Sequence record: LR756504.1
Reading direction: 5' to 3' (one strand)
DNA length: 64,000 nucleotides
Part shown: positions 1 through 9,939 of the stretch, piece after piece
Numbering within the stretch: the stretch's first letter is position 1
How the letters are laid out: each line of letters starts with the position of its first letter
Translations under genes and position numbers: made by a program
The notes under the pieces: generated by a model
The model's input: only the letters and a program-made list of their open reading frames with translations
Told to the model about the DNA's origin: nothing
Database searches by the model: none

Positions 1-1061
1 GTCATTACAGGATCACCACTATCAGGTCTAATTACTAAAGTACCTTCTCTTGCTAAAATAATATCACGTAAGTCTGTTCCCCAATATTGCATACATGCCC
101 TTAAAATGTCAAATGAATCAGAAACACACGCAACTAATCCCTTTGGTTTAGATAGTAATACACGTTTAAATACCTCAAGCTCTCCATCTTCTCCCTCCAT
201 TGTACAAATAGAATGTTCTGTAGCATCAATAGATTTTCCCCACATTGTTTTAGTATTATAAAATTTCATTAGCATATCAGAACCAGCAACGTTGTCAGAT
301 CCCATGAAATTGACTAAATGTGATGCCCCGCCTATACTTGCTGATTCAACACTTGATGCGCCCCTGAATCCAAAATCATTTAAAATAAATTGTACCATTG
401 TTGGAATCATTGCTGGATTAGCACCAGTCTTGATGAGATATTCAACTACAACTTTTTTAACTTCTCTTGATAATGTTGCTACAGTGATTGGATACCAAAT
501 TTCAAGAAATAATGATTCAATAAATCCTGTTACCCAAGGGAATTCATCATCAGTACTTTCAATTAAAGCAAGAACATTTTTAACAGGTACTACAGCACCT
601 TCAGGTACAGATTTTATTCTTATTGGGAATTTCCCATCATGCTTTTTAATCATTTTTAACCATTGTTCTTTAGAGAAAGAACCGTCTTTACCAAAAACAC
701 CATTTTCACCATTCAACTTCTCTTCAGCCTCTTCTACCATATATTCGGATAAAACACTACCAACTAAATATTTTTTCAAAATATATTGAATACCAAACAT
801 TACAGTCTCTTGAAATTTACCACCTCTAGATTCTAAATACGAAATCATTTTAGTTAAACCTGGTGTATAAAACTTCGGATGTGAATATTTATATGCATCA
901 GTTAATAAAATTAAATTCGGCTCAATAGATTGTAATGCACGTTCTAATGCTTTGATTACAGCATCTTTTGTCATAACATTATTAATGGCTTTATTAGAAA
1001 ATCTTAGTAATAGTCTTCTAGTTTCTCTATTTAAAGTAATTGTATCTGTATTTGTTTCCAT
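1..1061 (-). CDS. nadV: Nicotinamide phosphoribosyltransferase (NAMPT/NadV), 3' end runs off window
   Basis: Missing from ORF track; hand translation from ATG at 1061 gives METNTD...NLILLTDAYKYSH..., YLESRGG, FGIQYILKKYL, ending ...GTLVIRPDSGDPVM at the window edge (NAMPT motifs). Confidence 0.93.
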   Translation of the reverse strand, partial: METNTDTITLNRETRRLLLRFSNKAINNVMTKDAVIKALERALQSIEPNLILLTDAYKYSHPKFYTPGLTKMISYLESRGGKFQETVMFGIQYILKKYLVGSVLSEYMVEEAEEKLNGENGVFGKDGSFSKEQWLKMIKKHDGKFPIRIKSVPEGAVVPVKNVLALIESTDDEFPWVTGFIESLFLEIWYPITVATLSREVKKVVVEYLIKTGANPAMIPTMVQFILNDFGFRGASSVESASIGGASHLVNFMGSDNVAGSDMLMKFYNTKTMWGKSIDATEHSICTMEGEDGELEVFKRVLLSKPKGLVACVSDSFDILRACMQYWGTDLRDIILAREGTLVIRPDSGDPVM

Positions 1062-1078
1062 AATATTAAATTTATTTT

Positions 1079-2065
1079 TTATGCTTGTTGTTTTTGAATA
1101 TATTGAAAATGTGGATGATTCATGAATATGTTAAGACACTTTCTATGTTCTCTTACTACACCTTCTTCTAAATTGAGTTCTGAAAATTTAAACCATTTTA
1201 CTTTAGCTAAATCATCACTTGCTTTAGCATGACTATTAATTACTTTATCATGCCATCCTGAACCAATATGTACAGAATAAATAGTAGTCATGATACTATG
1301 TTCAGTACCAATATATCTCCAATCATTTACTCTTACTTGATCAATGATATTAAATAATGATGGTGATGCACTAATACAAGTTTCTTCACAAAGTTCTCTT
1401 GATGCAGTATCTCTACCAAATTCATCAGTAGGATCTATAAATCCACCAGGAATTCTCCATAAGTTCTTACCTACTTCATATGATTTTTGACCAAGAAGAA
1501 CTTCTAATTCACCATCTAAAAATCTAGTTGCAATAACATCTACTGTAGCGAACGCTGTAGGGTAAAAATTATTGTATTGTGCATATATAATACCTTTTCT
1601 AAAATCATCAGAATTGATATATTCATTTGCTGTTATTTCTCTTAATTCTGTGGCATTATGATTTTCTTTTTGTGGAATAATTATAGATTTATATTTACCA
1701 CCATGTCTTAAATACGTATTAATACACGAGTCTCTACTACCATATAGAACTACATTTTTATCGGGTATTAATTCATTGATTATACCTTCTAAACTTATTA
1801 CCCAATCTTCATTAGATTTGTGATCATAAAGTGGGTAAATTTCTATCGATGGATATAAAGATTTAACCATCATTTCTCTATTCTTATAATCCAATGCGTT
1901 TTTTCTTGACATAACAGGCGTTACTCCCAAGAAAATAATAACTCTTTTGTGATTTTTTATTACTGTATCTACAAGAAATCTTTGACCTTCATGAAGGGTA
2001 TGATTTTGAAATCGAGCTACTATTATTCCTGTTTTCATATTTTGTGTTATTTCATTTGTGTACAT
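1079..2065 (-). CDS. nadM: Bifunctional NMN adenylyltransferase / NUDIX hydrolase (NadM-Nudix)
   Basis: N-terminal GIIVARFQ..HEGQ (HxGH-like) nucleotidyltransferase; C-terminal ATVDVI...RIPGGFID...RELCEET Nudix box; directly upstream of NAMPT. Confidence 0.9.
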   Translation of the reverse strand: MYTNEITQNMKTGIIVARFQNHTLHEGQRFLVDTVIKNHKRVIIFLGVTPVMSRKNALDYKNREMMVKSLYPSIEIYPLYDHKSNEDWVISLEGIINELIPDKNVVLYGSRDSCINTYLRHGGKYKSIIIPQKENHNATELREITANEYINSDDFRKGIIYAQYNNFYPTAFATVDVIATRFLDGELEVLLGQKSYEVGKNLWRIPGGFIDPTDEFGRDTASRELCEETCISASPSLFNIIDQVRVNDWRYIGTEHSIMTTIYSVHIGSGWHDKVINSHAKASDDLAKVKWFKFSELNLEEGVVREHRKCLNIFMNHPHFQYIQKQQA

Positions 2066-2134
2066 TATACACAGTATATATTAAAAGTTTTACCCCTTTA
2101 TGTATTTATTACACATATAAGTAGTTAAAATTTT

Positions 2135-2488
2135 TTACAATAAAGTTTTAATGATAAATTTTCTTGGTATCTCATTATTTACCAATACTTTACACATTTT
2201 ATTAATCTTTCTGTATTTTTTGATAATTTCGATAAAATAGTAAACTTTTGTTCCAAATGTAGCATCGTAACTAATATGTAAGTTCACCTCTTCATTATCA
2301 TGTTTTTCGAGAGTGATATGTACATTTTTATCAAGAAATTCTATTTTAGCAGAAACGTTTATCTTAGCAGAATAAAACAAGATAGTATGTGAATATTCGT
2401 ATATAGGTTCTCTGAATTCGAATTTTTCACCACTTTCATTAAAAATTTTTAGAGCCAAGTCTATACACTCTTGCTTTTCCATAAACAA
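2135..2488 (-). CDS. Hypothetical protein with C-terminal RxxxIxxLL tag
   Basis: 117-aa ORF in co-directional operon; ends RKFIIKTLL. Confidence 0.75.
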   Translation of the reverse strand: MFMEKQECIDLALKIFNESGEKFEFREPIYEYSHTILFYSAKINVSAKIEFLDKNVHITLEKHDNEEVNLHISYDATFGTKVYYFIEIIKKYRKINKMCKVLVNNEIPRKFIIKTLL

Positions 2489-2522
2489 AATTATGGAATT
2501 ATTTACGAAAAAGCAAGCTTTA

Positions 2523-2825
2523 TTAAAAAATGTTATTATCTTTAAATAAAATAGCTTCTAAAAGTTTAACTTTTTCTTCTAAAAGTCTAATTTTCTCTTC
2601 TTGGAATTCATTATTTAAATTATCAATTCTCTCACCACGGGTAGGTGGAGCTAATAAATTAGTCTTCAATTCAATCAATCTATTGGATTCGCCACGTGTG
2701 CCAATTCTATGAAATTCTATTTTAGGTGGATAATATTCATTGTTTAATATTGCAAATTCTCTATCATCAATTTTTATGGCTAAAGATTCTACAATTGATA
2801 TTAGTTCAAGTAAAGTATCTTTCAT
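2523..2825 (-). CDS. Hypothetical protein, coiled-coil C-terminus
   Basis: 100-aa ORF in co-directional operon. Confidence 0.7.
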   Translation of the reverse strand: MKDTLLELISIVESLAIKIDDREFAILNNEYYPPKIEFHRIGTRGESNRLIELKTNLLAPPTRGERIDNLNNEFQEEKIRLLEEKVKLLEAILFKDNNIF

Positions 2826-2826
2826 G

Positions 2827-3495
2827 TTATTTATCTTCTAATACATCATCAATTTTACTTTTCCTTTCACTTTTAATATAAGTTAAAGGAACATAAATAT
2901 CATTTCTTACAACCGATACAAAAATTATTTTATCAGAATTTTCTTTTTCTAAAATATGAAGAATAGGTTCTTTTTTATAAGCTTTTATTGTTGGCCATAC
3001 ATTATAGTCACCCTCTACTATTTCTATCCATGATGTATTTGGTGGTGGATTATGAGTAACTTTAGAATAGTATTTAAAATCTGATGACCATTTATCAATA
3101 CTATTTTTAATTTTTACTATATCTTTTATATTAGTAGGTGATAATTTTCCGCGATATTCATTTGCTTGCATAAAAGTCATATTATAACTTCTACTAATTT
3201 TTAATATACTGGATTTCTTAATTAAGACACCACCATCATCTATAATAGATTTTAATTTATTTAAAATATTGGGTGAATATTCATCTACGTTTCTATTAAA
3301 TCCTAAACTTTTTATTATTTTAATATCATCATCACTTATTAGTTCGAATTCATCTAATATTTTTTTATGTGTTTCTTCACTATCTTCTTTTAATTCATTG
3401 AAGATTCCAAAACTATTCCATGATGTATAATTTAGTTTAGGTACATTGAATATACCAACTCTATTAGCTTTTTTCTTTTTTAAAAATCCAAACAT
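2827..3495 (-). CDS. Hypothetical protein with C-terminal RxxKIxxVL tag
   Basis: 222 aa; ends ERKSKIDDVLEDK; start overlaps the nrtR stop. Confidence 0.8.
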   Translation of the reverse strand: MFGFLKKKKANRVGIFNVPKLNYTSWNSFGIFNELKEDSEETHKKILDEFELISDDDIKIIKSLGFNRNVDEYSPNILNKLKSIIDDGGVLIKKSSILKISRSYNMTFMQANEYRGKLSPTNIKDIVKIKNSIDKWSSDFKYYSKVTHNPPPNTSWIEIVEGDYNVWPTIKAYKKEPILHILEKENSDKIIFVSVVRNDIYVPLTYIKSERKSKIDDVLEDK

Positions 3496-4157
3496 TATAT
3501 TTCAAAATAAAAACCGTTCTCTAATTTATTTTCGTATTTCTTTTTATTAAATTTAAATAGACTACCTGCTCTATACGGCACATCCATTTGCTTCTCACTC
3601 AATTGATCAATAATATTTAATTTTAGAAATTTCTTTCTAAAATTTCTTCTATCAAATGGTATATCTAAGATAGTTTCATATAAACTTTGTAATTGAGAGA
3701 ATGGAAATTTAGATGGTAATAACTCAAATCCTATTGGTTGATATGATACTTTACTTTGCAGTCTTCTATATGCAATTTCAATTATGTTTATATGATCGAA
3801 TGCTATCAATGGGAGAGTCTTAACTGAAAACCATTTTGCGTCACATGCATCTGTTTTTGCGTGTAATAGATGTTTATCAGGATTTACTAAACCATAATAT
3901 GCAACAGACACAATTCTTTCTCTTGGATCTCTTTTTACTTCACCAAAAGTATACAGTTGTTCTAAATAAATATCTTCAATACCTGCTTCTTCTTTTAATT
4001 CTCTTTCTACTGCATCATCAACAGACTCTTCTTCTAAAACAAAACCTCCAGGTAATGCCCAAGAATCTTGAAAAGGTTCATATTTTCTTTTTATTAAAAG
4101 AATTTTCAAATCTTTTTCAACATAACCAAATACTACTGCATCTACTGTTAATTTCAT
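3495..4157 (-). CDS. nrtR: NrtR-family NUDIX + winged-helix transcriptional regulator of NAD metabolism
   Basis: TVDAVVF, WALPGGFV, RELKEEAG, LEQLYTFG..RDPR, FDH, LPSKF..SQLQSLYE, DRRNFRKK motifs. Confidence 0.9.
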   Translation of the reverse strand: MKLTVDAVVFGYVEKDLKILLIKRKYEPFQDSWALPGGFVLEEESVDDAVERELKEEAGIEDIYLEQLYTFGEVKRDPRERIVSVAYYGLVNPDKHLLHAKTDACDAKWFSVKTLPLIAFDHINIIEIAYRRLQSKVSYQPIGFELLPSKFPFSQLQSLYETILDIPFDRRNFRKKFLKLNIIDQLSEKQMDVPYRAGSLFKFNKKKYENKLENGFYFEI

Positions 4158-4432
4158 TAATGATAAAATTCGTCCAATTCAATTTTTTTACCTCTATACT
4201 CGTGTTCTGATTCATCGAGATATATTATATGACCATTTTTAATAAATGAATGACATTTAATATTTTTATGAGAAATTATTTTAATATCTGCATTTATTGT
4301 CGGTGTATAATTATCACCATTCCATTCAATTTTATCTGTATCTACAGAATGATTTGATGAACAAGCTTTACACCAAAATAATAGTTTTTTCTCACCTCTT
4401 ACAATCGCTTCGTATATTTTTAGCTTTCCCAT
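4157..4432 (-). CDS. Small metal-binding protein, DUF6527-like
   Basis: FWCKAC...H, WNGD..TPT, CHSFIKNG.I.YL pattern. Confidence 0.6.
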   Translation of the reverse strand: MGKLKIYEAIVRGEKKLLFWCKACSSNHSVDTDKIEWNGDNYTPTINADIKIISHKNIKCHSFIKNGHIIYLDESEHEYRGKKIELDEFYH

Positions 4433-4433
4433 T

Positions 4434-4655
4434 TTATTTCCATTTTATTACGTGTTCTTGTTTTACTTCCCAAAAACCAGATGTTGCCTTTTTGTAGAAA
4501 ACAACATCAGAAATATCAGAATCATATACAAATTCATTATATTCATTAAACCATTTGTGAACAAGTCCTGAAGCTGTACCTATTCCAATTTTTTCACCAA
4601 TGTCTGAAATAACTCCAACTGGTGGATCAATTTTAGTGTTAATATAAATTTTCAT
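4434..4655 (-). CDS. Hypothetical protein
   Basis: 73-aa ORF tightly packed in operon. Confidence 0.7.
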   Translation of the reverse strand: MKIYINTKIDPPVGVISDIGEKIGIGTASGLVHKWFNEYNEFVYDSDISDVVFYKKATSGFWEVKQEHVIKWK

Positions 4656-4701
4656 ATTTATTTTTATTTTTTTAATTATAGTATAAAATTCATTAAATGT
4701 T

Positions 4702-5055
4702 TTATTTAAAAAATTTTAAAATTTTCATATGTCTCGAAATTTCTTCAATTGTATCAATTCTAAGTTTACAACTAGATATAAAACCTTGATTATTAGTTTG
4801 TATTATTACTGGTTTAGCAGTTATAATGATAAAATACTTTCCTTTTTTAGTATCAAAAAGTATTAAATCTCTCCATTCCATATCACTTTTCCATATTTGA
4901 AAGTATTTTGTCAGTTCTATGTCTTTATTTTCCGTATCTATGAAAATTTCACATGATTTATTAGTGAATGCTAATTGCGTAGAAAATGAATAAGTTTCTA
5001 ATTGTAATAATTTTTTATTTTCCCATTCAATGAAAACCATAGAAAATACATGCAC
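4702..5055 (-). CDS. Hypothetical protein, weakly tail-tube-like, C-terminal RxxKIxxFF tag
   Basis: YFQIW...WRDLIL...AKPVII; ends SRHMKILKFFK. Confidence 0.65.
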   Translation of the reverse strand: MHVFSMVFIEWENKKLLQLETYSFSTQLAFTNKSCEIFIDTENKDIELTKYFQIWKSDMEWRDLILFDTKKGKYFIIITAKPVIIQTNNQGFISSCKLRIDTIEEISRHMKILKFFK

Positions 5056-5088
5056 TATTTTATGTATGTATTCTATGTATATTTCTTC

Positions 5089-5424
5089 CTATTGTAATTC
5101 TTTTATTGCTTGTTCGTACTTTTCAACAAACCAACTATTAGTAATATTATTAATATCTGCTGATATTTGACTATTTACTCTAATCATAGTCTGTCCAATA
5201 GGCGATTTTAAAAACAATAAAATTTCGTCAATATCTGATTCTGTTAAATTTTTCTCATAAAATGGTAAAATTCTTTCTTCTAATTCTTCAATATTAAAAT
5301 GTCTTTTAAATTGCGAACTTAAAACTGATTTTTCACCATCACCGTCTATTAAAGCGCTTAATTGTGCTTTAGTTAAATCATAAAATTGAGTTAACTTTAA
5401 AAATTCTTTTATTTTATCTTTCAT
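5089..5424 (-). CDS. DUF2059-like protein
   Basis: PFYEKNLTESDIDEILLFLKSPIGQ matches the Y...(L/F)T..E...l..F..SP.G pattern. Confidence 0.7.
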   Translation of the reverse strand: MKDKIKEFLKLTQFYDLTKAQLSALIDGDGEKSVLSSQFKRHFNIEELEERILPFYEKNLTESDIDEILLFLKSPIGQTMIRVNSQISADINNITNSWFVEKYEQAIKELQ

Positions 5425-5765
5425 AATAAATCTTTTATTTTGTCTTTTCGTATTTCGTATTTTAACATTTTATTTGTGTATTCATCTGATACATTGAAAT
5501 AGCAATCATACATTAATGATACTTCATATAAACCATCTCTATCAACAGTTGAAATACTTGTAGGAAATACACCATTTAATATAAACCCTGACCATTTTTC
5601 ATTTTTTTTATATGTTAAAAATATTTCTTTTGCTTTAACATTATAATTAACTATATTTTTTGACCATTCCAAATAAAATTCATAATTTAATGATGGTATG
5701 TCAAATGTTATAATGTCTTTATTTATAGTATAAGAATTTAAAATTATGTAACTTGGAAAATTCAT
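5421..5765 (-). CDS. Short gp19-like (tail tube) fragment protein with C-terminal RxxKIxxLL tag
   Basis: FYLEW...KEI...FILNGVFPTSI...EVSLMYD resembles the gp19-family C-terminal half; ends IRKDKIKDLL. Confidence 0.5.
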   Translation of the reverse strand: MNFPSYIILNSYTINKDIITFDIPSLNYEFYLEWSKNIVNYNVKAKEIFLTYKKNEKWSGFILNGVFPTSISTVDRDGLYEVSLMYDCYFNVSDEYTNKMLKYEIRKDKIKDLL

Positions 5766-6454
5766 TATTTACTTAGAATTTTATCAATCAATCCATAACC
5801 TAATGCTTCTTTAGCATCTAACCATTTATCTCTATCACAATCTCTCCATACCTTCTTAAATGGTTGTTTTGTGTTATCTGCTAATGTTTGTACTAATTCT
5901 CTCTTAATTTTTTTAATTTCTTTAGCTTCAATTTCTATATCAGATGCTTGTCCCCAAGTTCCACCAAGAGGTTGGTGTATCATAACTCTACTTCTACTAA
6001 GTGAACATCTTTTTCCTTCTGTACCATGACTTAAAATTACAGCAGCCATAGAAGCTGCTAATCCTGTACAAACAGTTGCTACATCAGTTTCAACTAAATC
6101 CATTACATCGAGAATGGAATTACCATCATAAACAGAACCACCTGGGCTATTAATGTAAAGTTTAATATCAGCCGTTTTATCTATAGATGTTAAATAAAGA
6201 AATTGTGCGGATATAACATTTGCAACATAATCATCAATTTCAGTTCCTAAAAAAATAATTCTATCCATCATTAATCTCGAAAAGACATCCATTATAGCAA
6301 TATTTAAATTTCTCTCTTCTACTATAGCAGGTGTTAAAGATGCTTGTGGAAATAGTTTTTTATATTTATCTAATGTGGTGGAAGGTACACCTTTAGATTT
6401 AGCAAATAGTGCAAAGTCTTTATCTAAATTCATAGTTTTTTCTATTTTTTTCAT
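5765..6454 (-). CDS. clpP: ATP-dependent Clp protease proteolytic subunit
   Basis: EER...MDVFSRLMMDRIIFLG, YINSPGGSV, AASMAAVIL, MIHQPLGG, CDRD motifs; Bacteroidota-like N-terminus. Confidence 0.96.
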   Translation of the reverse strand: MKKIEKTMNLDKDFALFAKSKGVPSTTLDKYKKLFPQASLTPAIVEERNLNIAIMDVFSRLMMDRIIFLGTEIDDYVANVISAQFLYLTSIDKTADIKLYINSPGGSVYDGNSILDVMDLVETDVATVCTGLAASMAAVILSHGTEGKRCSLSRSRVMIHQPLGGTWGQASDIEIEAKEIKKIKRELVQTLADNTKQPFKKVWRDCDRDKWLDAKEALGYGLIDKILSK

Positions 6455-6579
6455 AGTTTATATGAATAATTCTTATTTAGTTTAATCTATAACAATGTAA
6501 TTATTGATAATTTTTGATAATTTTTAAAACATTTGGTTTTTAAAAACGTAGAATGGTTAAATTATTGAATATTTTAGTT

Positions 6580-7629
6580 ATGAGCGAAAAAATAAATCCT
6601 GACGTAAAGAAAAAAATTGATAACATATTTGATGATGATAATACTGATAATCAAGTTGTTACTGTAAAAGAAGAAGCTATATCATCAGTAATACCTACTG
6701 ATACTAAATCTAAAGCATCTAAATTTTTAGATGATGTTGAGGATGAAGAACCTAAGAAAGCTGAGAAAAAAATTGATACTACGCCAATTAAACAAAGAAT
6801 TAAAGAACTTTATATACAATGCTTAGAATCTGCTAAAGTAAAAGATAAAGAAGGTATTTTATCAACATATGTAGAGGATTTGTATAATCCCGATACTACA
6901 AAACTCGATGATGGAAACTTACTTTTAAATTTATTAGTATTATCTCGTTTACAGGAATTAAATATTATTGATTTTTATTTTGATGATAATATGAAAAATC
7001 ATTCATCTACTGACTATCAATTAGATTTAAAGTGGTATGAGAAAATATTAGAGCAACCTGTAGAAGAACAAGCTAAATATGTTCATATTCTTGAAAGCAA
7101 TTTTAAATTGAAGTTCTATAAGAATATGTTTGAATCAATTTTGAAGTCTGCTGATAAAATGGCATACAATCAGAATAAGGTTAAAATGAAAAATGTGTGG
7201 AAGTTTATTGAAGATGAAACATCCACAGATTTCGATATTGAAGAATATTTTATTCAATTTATCGAAGATAAAACATTAGATGGTTCTGTTATAATGGTTA
7301 CACCAGATTTAACACCTTACTTCAAATTTGAAACCAAAAATGATGAAGAGTATGCAGAAAAACCTTATATAAAACTTGTCGGTAAATGGAAAAATAGATT
7401 CATTTATGAAATTGATACAAACCAAGTGGCATATCTTAAGGGTTTTAAACGTGGTGCGTTCTTTATTAAAGAAGGTAATAGATACGTAGTTAATCCTACT
7501 AGGCCACTAGTTTATTTTAATACTGTAAAAAATCCATTTGTTAATAATCCAATATTGTTGTTGTTTGCATCATTAGATTTTAATTTCTATACATCTGCTA
7601 CAACTTTCTTGAGAGTAGAAGATATGTAA
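6580..7629 (+). CDS. Hypothetical protein
   Basis: About 350-aa ORF; ATG at 6580 preferred over the track start at 6553. Confidence 0.8.
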   Translation: MSEKINPDVKKKIDNIFDDDNTDNQVVTVKEEAISSVIPTDTKSKASKFLDDVEDEEPKKAEKKIDTTPIKQRIKELYIQCLESAKVKDKEGILSTYVEDLYNPDTTKLDDGNLLLNLLVLSRLQELNIIDFYFDDNMKNHSSTDYQLDLKWYEKILEQPVEEQAKYVHILESNFKLKFYKNMFESILKSADKMAYNQNKVKMKNVWKFIEDETSTDFDIEEYFIQFIEDKTLDGSVIMVTPDLTPYFKFETKNDEEYAEKPYIKLVGKWKNRFIYEIDTNQVAYLKGFKRGAFFIKEGNRYVVNPTRPLVYFNTVKNPFVNNPILLLFASLDFNFYTSATTFLRVEDM

Positions 7630-7638
7630 ATAAATAAC

Positions 7639-7956
7639 ATGAATAAATATTTAAGAATTTTAGAAGATTTGGATAAACATGGTGTTGGTAAAATGAAGTG
7701 TTTTGGAAATTCAATGACACCAATTTTAAAAACGGGCTCTTTAATCACATTCGAAAAACAAGATGAATATCAAGTTGGTGATATAGTCTTTTGTAAAGTG
7801 AACGGCAGATTTATTGATGCTCATAAGATTACTAAAATAGATGCAGAAGGTAGATTTTTGATTGCAAATAATCATGGTTGGGAAAATGGATGGACTAAAC
7901 ATATTTTTGCTAAAGCTATTAAATCTGAATGTGATGATAATGAAAAACAATTGTAA
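7639..7956 (+). CDS. S24/S26 family peptidase-like protein
   Basis: GNSMTPIL..G, VGDIVF, AHKI motifs. Confidence 0.75.
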   Translation: MNKYLRILEDLDKHGVGKMKCFGNSMTPILKTGSLITFEKQDEYQVGDIVFCKVNGRFIDAHKITKIDAEGRFLIANNHGWENGWTKHIFAKAIKSECDDNEKQL

Positions 7957-7958
7957 CT

Positions 7959-7986
7959 AAAAAAGGGAGTTAAAACTCCCTTTTTT
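7959..7986. terminator. Bidirectional intrinsic terminator
   Basis: AAAAAAGGGAGTT-AA-AACTCCCTTTTTT between convergent genes. Confidence 0.85.
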
Positions 7987-7999
7987 ATATTATTTAAAA

Positions 8000-8443
8000 T
8001 TATTCAGCATCTTCTTCAATATCTAAGTCTTCACCTTCTTCATCTTCAGTTTTCTCTTCGCCTTCTTCTTCGTGAGATTCTTCGGATTCTTCATCATCAG
8101 CAATTAAGATAGCTTGAACTTTATCTTCAATAGCATCAACAATAGCATCAGCAATGACATCTTTGTCTTCATCATCACCTAATTCATTCATAACACCATC
8201 AATAATATCTCTAAGATTATCAGCATAATTGGAATCTAAAATAGCAACAATTTTATCTTTTAATTCTGTGTTTTCTTCTTCAACGTCTTCTTCGTGAGAT
8301 TCTTCATCATCAGCAAATTCATCATCATTATGAGTTTCTTCTGTATTATTATCTTCTAATTCGTCTGGTAATAGCGCATCATCTTCGAATTCATGTAAAT
8401 AGGATTCTTTGAATAATGAGAAAGATTTAATTCTTCTTTTCAT
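8000..8443 (-). CDS. Highly acidic protein with capsid-targeting-like N-terminus
   Basis: MKRRIKSFSLFKE|S; D/E-rich; TTATATATA upstream. Confidence 0.75.
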   Translation of the reverse strand: MKRRIKSFSLFKESYLHEFEDDALLPDELEDNNTEETHNDDEFADDEESHEEDVEEENTELKDKIVAILDSNYADNLRDIIDGVMNELGDDEDKDVIADAIVDAIEDKVQAILIADDEESEESHEEEGEEKTEDEEGEDLDIEEDAE

Positions 8444-8520
8444 GAGTTATAAACTATTTTTTAGTATATATAAAGATAATATATTCACTTTTTGACAGTT
8501 TATACCAAATTTAATTTATT

Positions 8521-8552
8521 TTTGTGATTTAAAATAATATCTTGTATATTTG
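8521..8552 (+). promoter_or_regulatory. Bacteroidota housekeeping-sigma promoter (-33 TTTG, -7 TATATTTG)
   Basis: TTTG 8521-8524, 20-nt spacer, TATATTTG 8545-8552, upstream of RNA ligase. Confidence 0.75.
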
Positions 8553-8585
8553 CATTTTATATTATCTTTATGTATATTTACTATT

Positions 8586-9248
8586 ATGAAGATTAAATAC
8601 CCAAGAAGTTTTCACATTCCATACTCAGAAAATTGTACTACAGATGATAAAATGTGTAAATCTGATGCACATTTCGAAAATGAAGTAGTTGTTGGAACTA
8701 TAAAAATGGATGGTGAAAATACAACAATATACAACGATTATATTCATGCTAGATCATTATCATCGAATATGGATACGGAAGACCGTAGATGGATAGATAC
8801 ATTAAGACTTTTAAAAATTCGAGGTAATATATCAGAAACTCAAAGAATTGTTGGTGAAAATTTATTTTATAAACATACTTGTAATTATAATAGTTTATTG
8901 GATTTTTTTTATATGTTTTCTTTATGGGATGGTGATGTGTGTTTAAGTTGGGAAGAAACTAAAAATATTGCAAATAAGTTAAATTTGGTTACTGTACCAG
9001 AATTTTATTATGGTATTTATGATAAAGATAAAATATTAAAAGATTTTGATAATTACATAAAAAATTCTTCTGATGATGTTGAAGGATTTGTTATTAGAAA
9101 AGCTGACAGTTTTAATATTAATGATTTTAGTAATAATTTAAACAAATTTGTTAGAAAAACGTTTATTATACCACAAAATCACTGGAGACATAGTAAAAAA
9201 GAATTTAATAAATCTATTGATGGTGTAAATCCTTGGGAAAAATTATGA
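8586..9248 (+). CDS. RNA ligase (Rnl2-like / ATP-dependent nucleotidyltransferase family)
   Basis: KYPRSFH.P, KMDGEN (motif I), GENL, FSLWD, EGFVIR, KFVR. Confidence 0.85.
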   Translation: MKIKYPRSFHIPYSENCTTDDKMCKSDAHFENEVVVGTIKMDGENTTIYNDYIHARSLSSNMDTEDRRWIDTLRLLKIRGNISETQRIVGENLFYKHTCNYNSLLDFFYMFSLWDGDVCLSWEETKNIANKLNLVTVPEFYYGIYDKDKILKDFDNYIKNSSDDVEGFVIRKADSFNINDFSNNLNKFVRKTFIIPQNHWRHSKKEFNKSIDGVNPWEKL

Positions 9249-9724
9249 AATATAGAGTAAAGCAAGATGTAAGAAAAGGAAGATTTTATCCACAAATAAG
9301 AATTTTAGGTTTGTGGTTATATTTTAGCTATGATAATTCTATTATAATAGCTAAAACAAAAAATGCTTATTATACGGATAGTGTGGAGACATCGTGGGCG
9401 TGCGTAAATGTTCATAAGCATCATAAGGGAACTAATGGAACTACATATGAATATTTACCCAATATGCTCGGATTTAGACTTAAAAAGGTAACTAAAAATG
9501 GTAATATTAAATATCATGCGCAAAAAAGATTTATCTTTATATGGTATAGATTTGGTAGAAATAATGATATAAATTATGAAAGACATGTACACTATAGTGC
9601 CCAAAGTGGATGGGATTATATTATAAGATTAGATACACTATTTAAAACACCAAAGCCGAAAAAAGTACTTTACCATTACCCAGAAAAAACAAGAAAAGAA
9701 AAAATTAAATCTTTAAAGGTATGA
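9245..9724 (+). CDS. Hypothetical protein with internally duplicated module and C-terminal RxxKI tag
   Basis: KYRVKQ..RFYPQ.R.LGLW and FRLKKV..KYHAQKR.IFIW repeats; ends RKEKIKSLKV. Confidence 0.7.
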   Translation: MKYRVKQDVRKGRFYPQIRILGLWLYFSYDNSIIIAKTKNAYYTDSVETSWACVNVHKHHKGTNGTTYEYLPNMLGFRLKKVTKNGNIKYHAQKRFIFIWYRFGRNNDINYERHVHYSAQSGWDYIIRLDTLFKTPKPKKVLYHYPEKTRKEKIKSLKV

Positions 9725-9909
9725 AATATTTAAAATGGATTTTACTACTTTCAGCTATTTTGCTTATCATTATAAGTATATGTTCAATATTAAAAATTAA
9801 AAGTGTTATAGCATTTGGTTTGAGTATTGTTATAGTTGTTGCATTATTAGTTTTGAATTTTTGTAATTTCAAATACATTAATGATATTAAAAAGAAATAT
9901 GATTTATAA
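9721..9909 (+). CDS. Small two-helix membrane protein
   Basis: Two hydrophobic stretches; ATGA overlap with upstream gene. Confidence 0.7.
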   Translation: MKYLKWILLLSAILLIIISICSILKIKSVIAFGLSIVIVVALLVLNFCNFKYINDIKKKYDL

Positions 9910-9939
9910 GCGAATTAATAATTTTACTAAAAGTTTAAA

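Noticed and set aside
292-789. 165-aa plus-strand ORF
   Set aside because: Antisense shadow of NAMPT, which the track missed because it runs off the window
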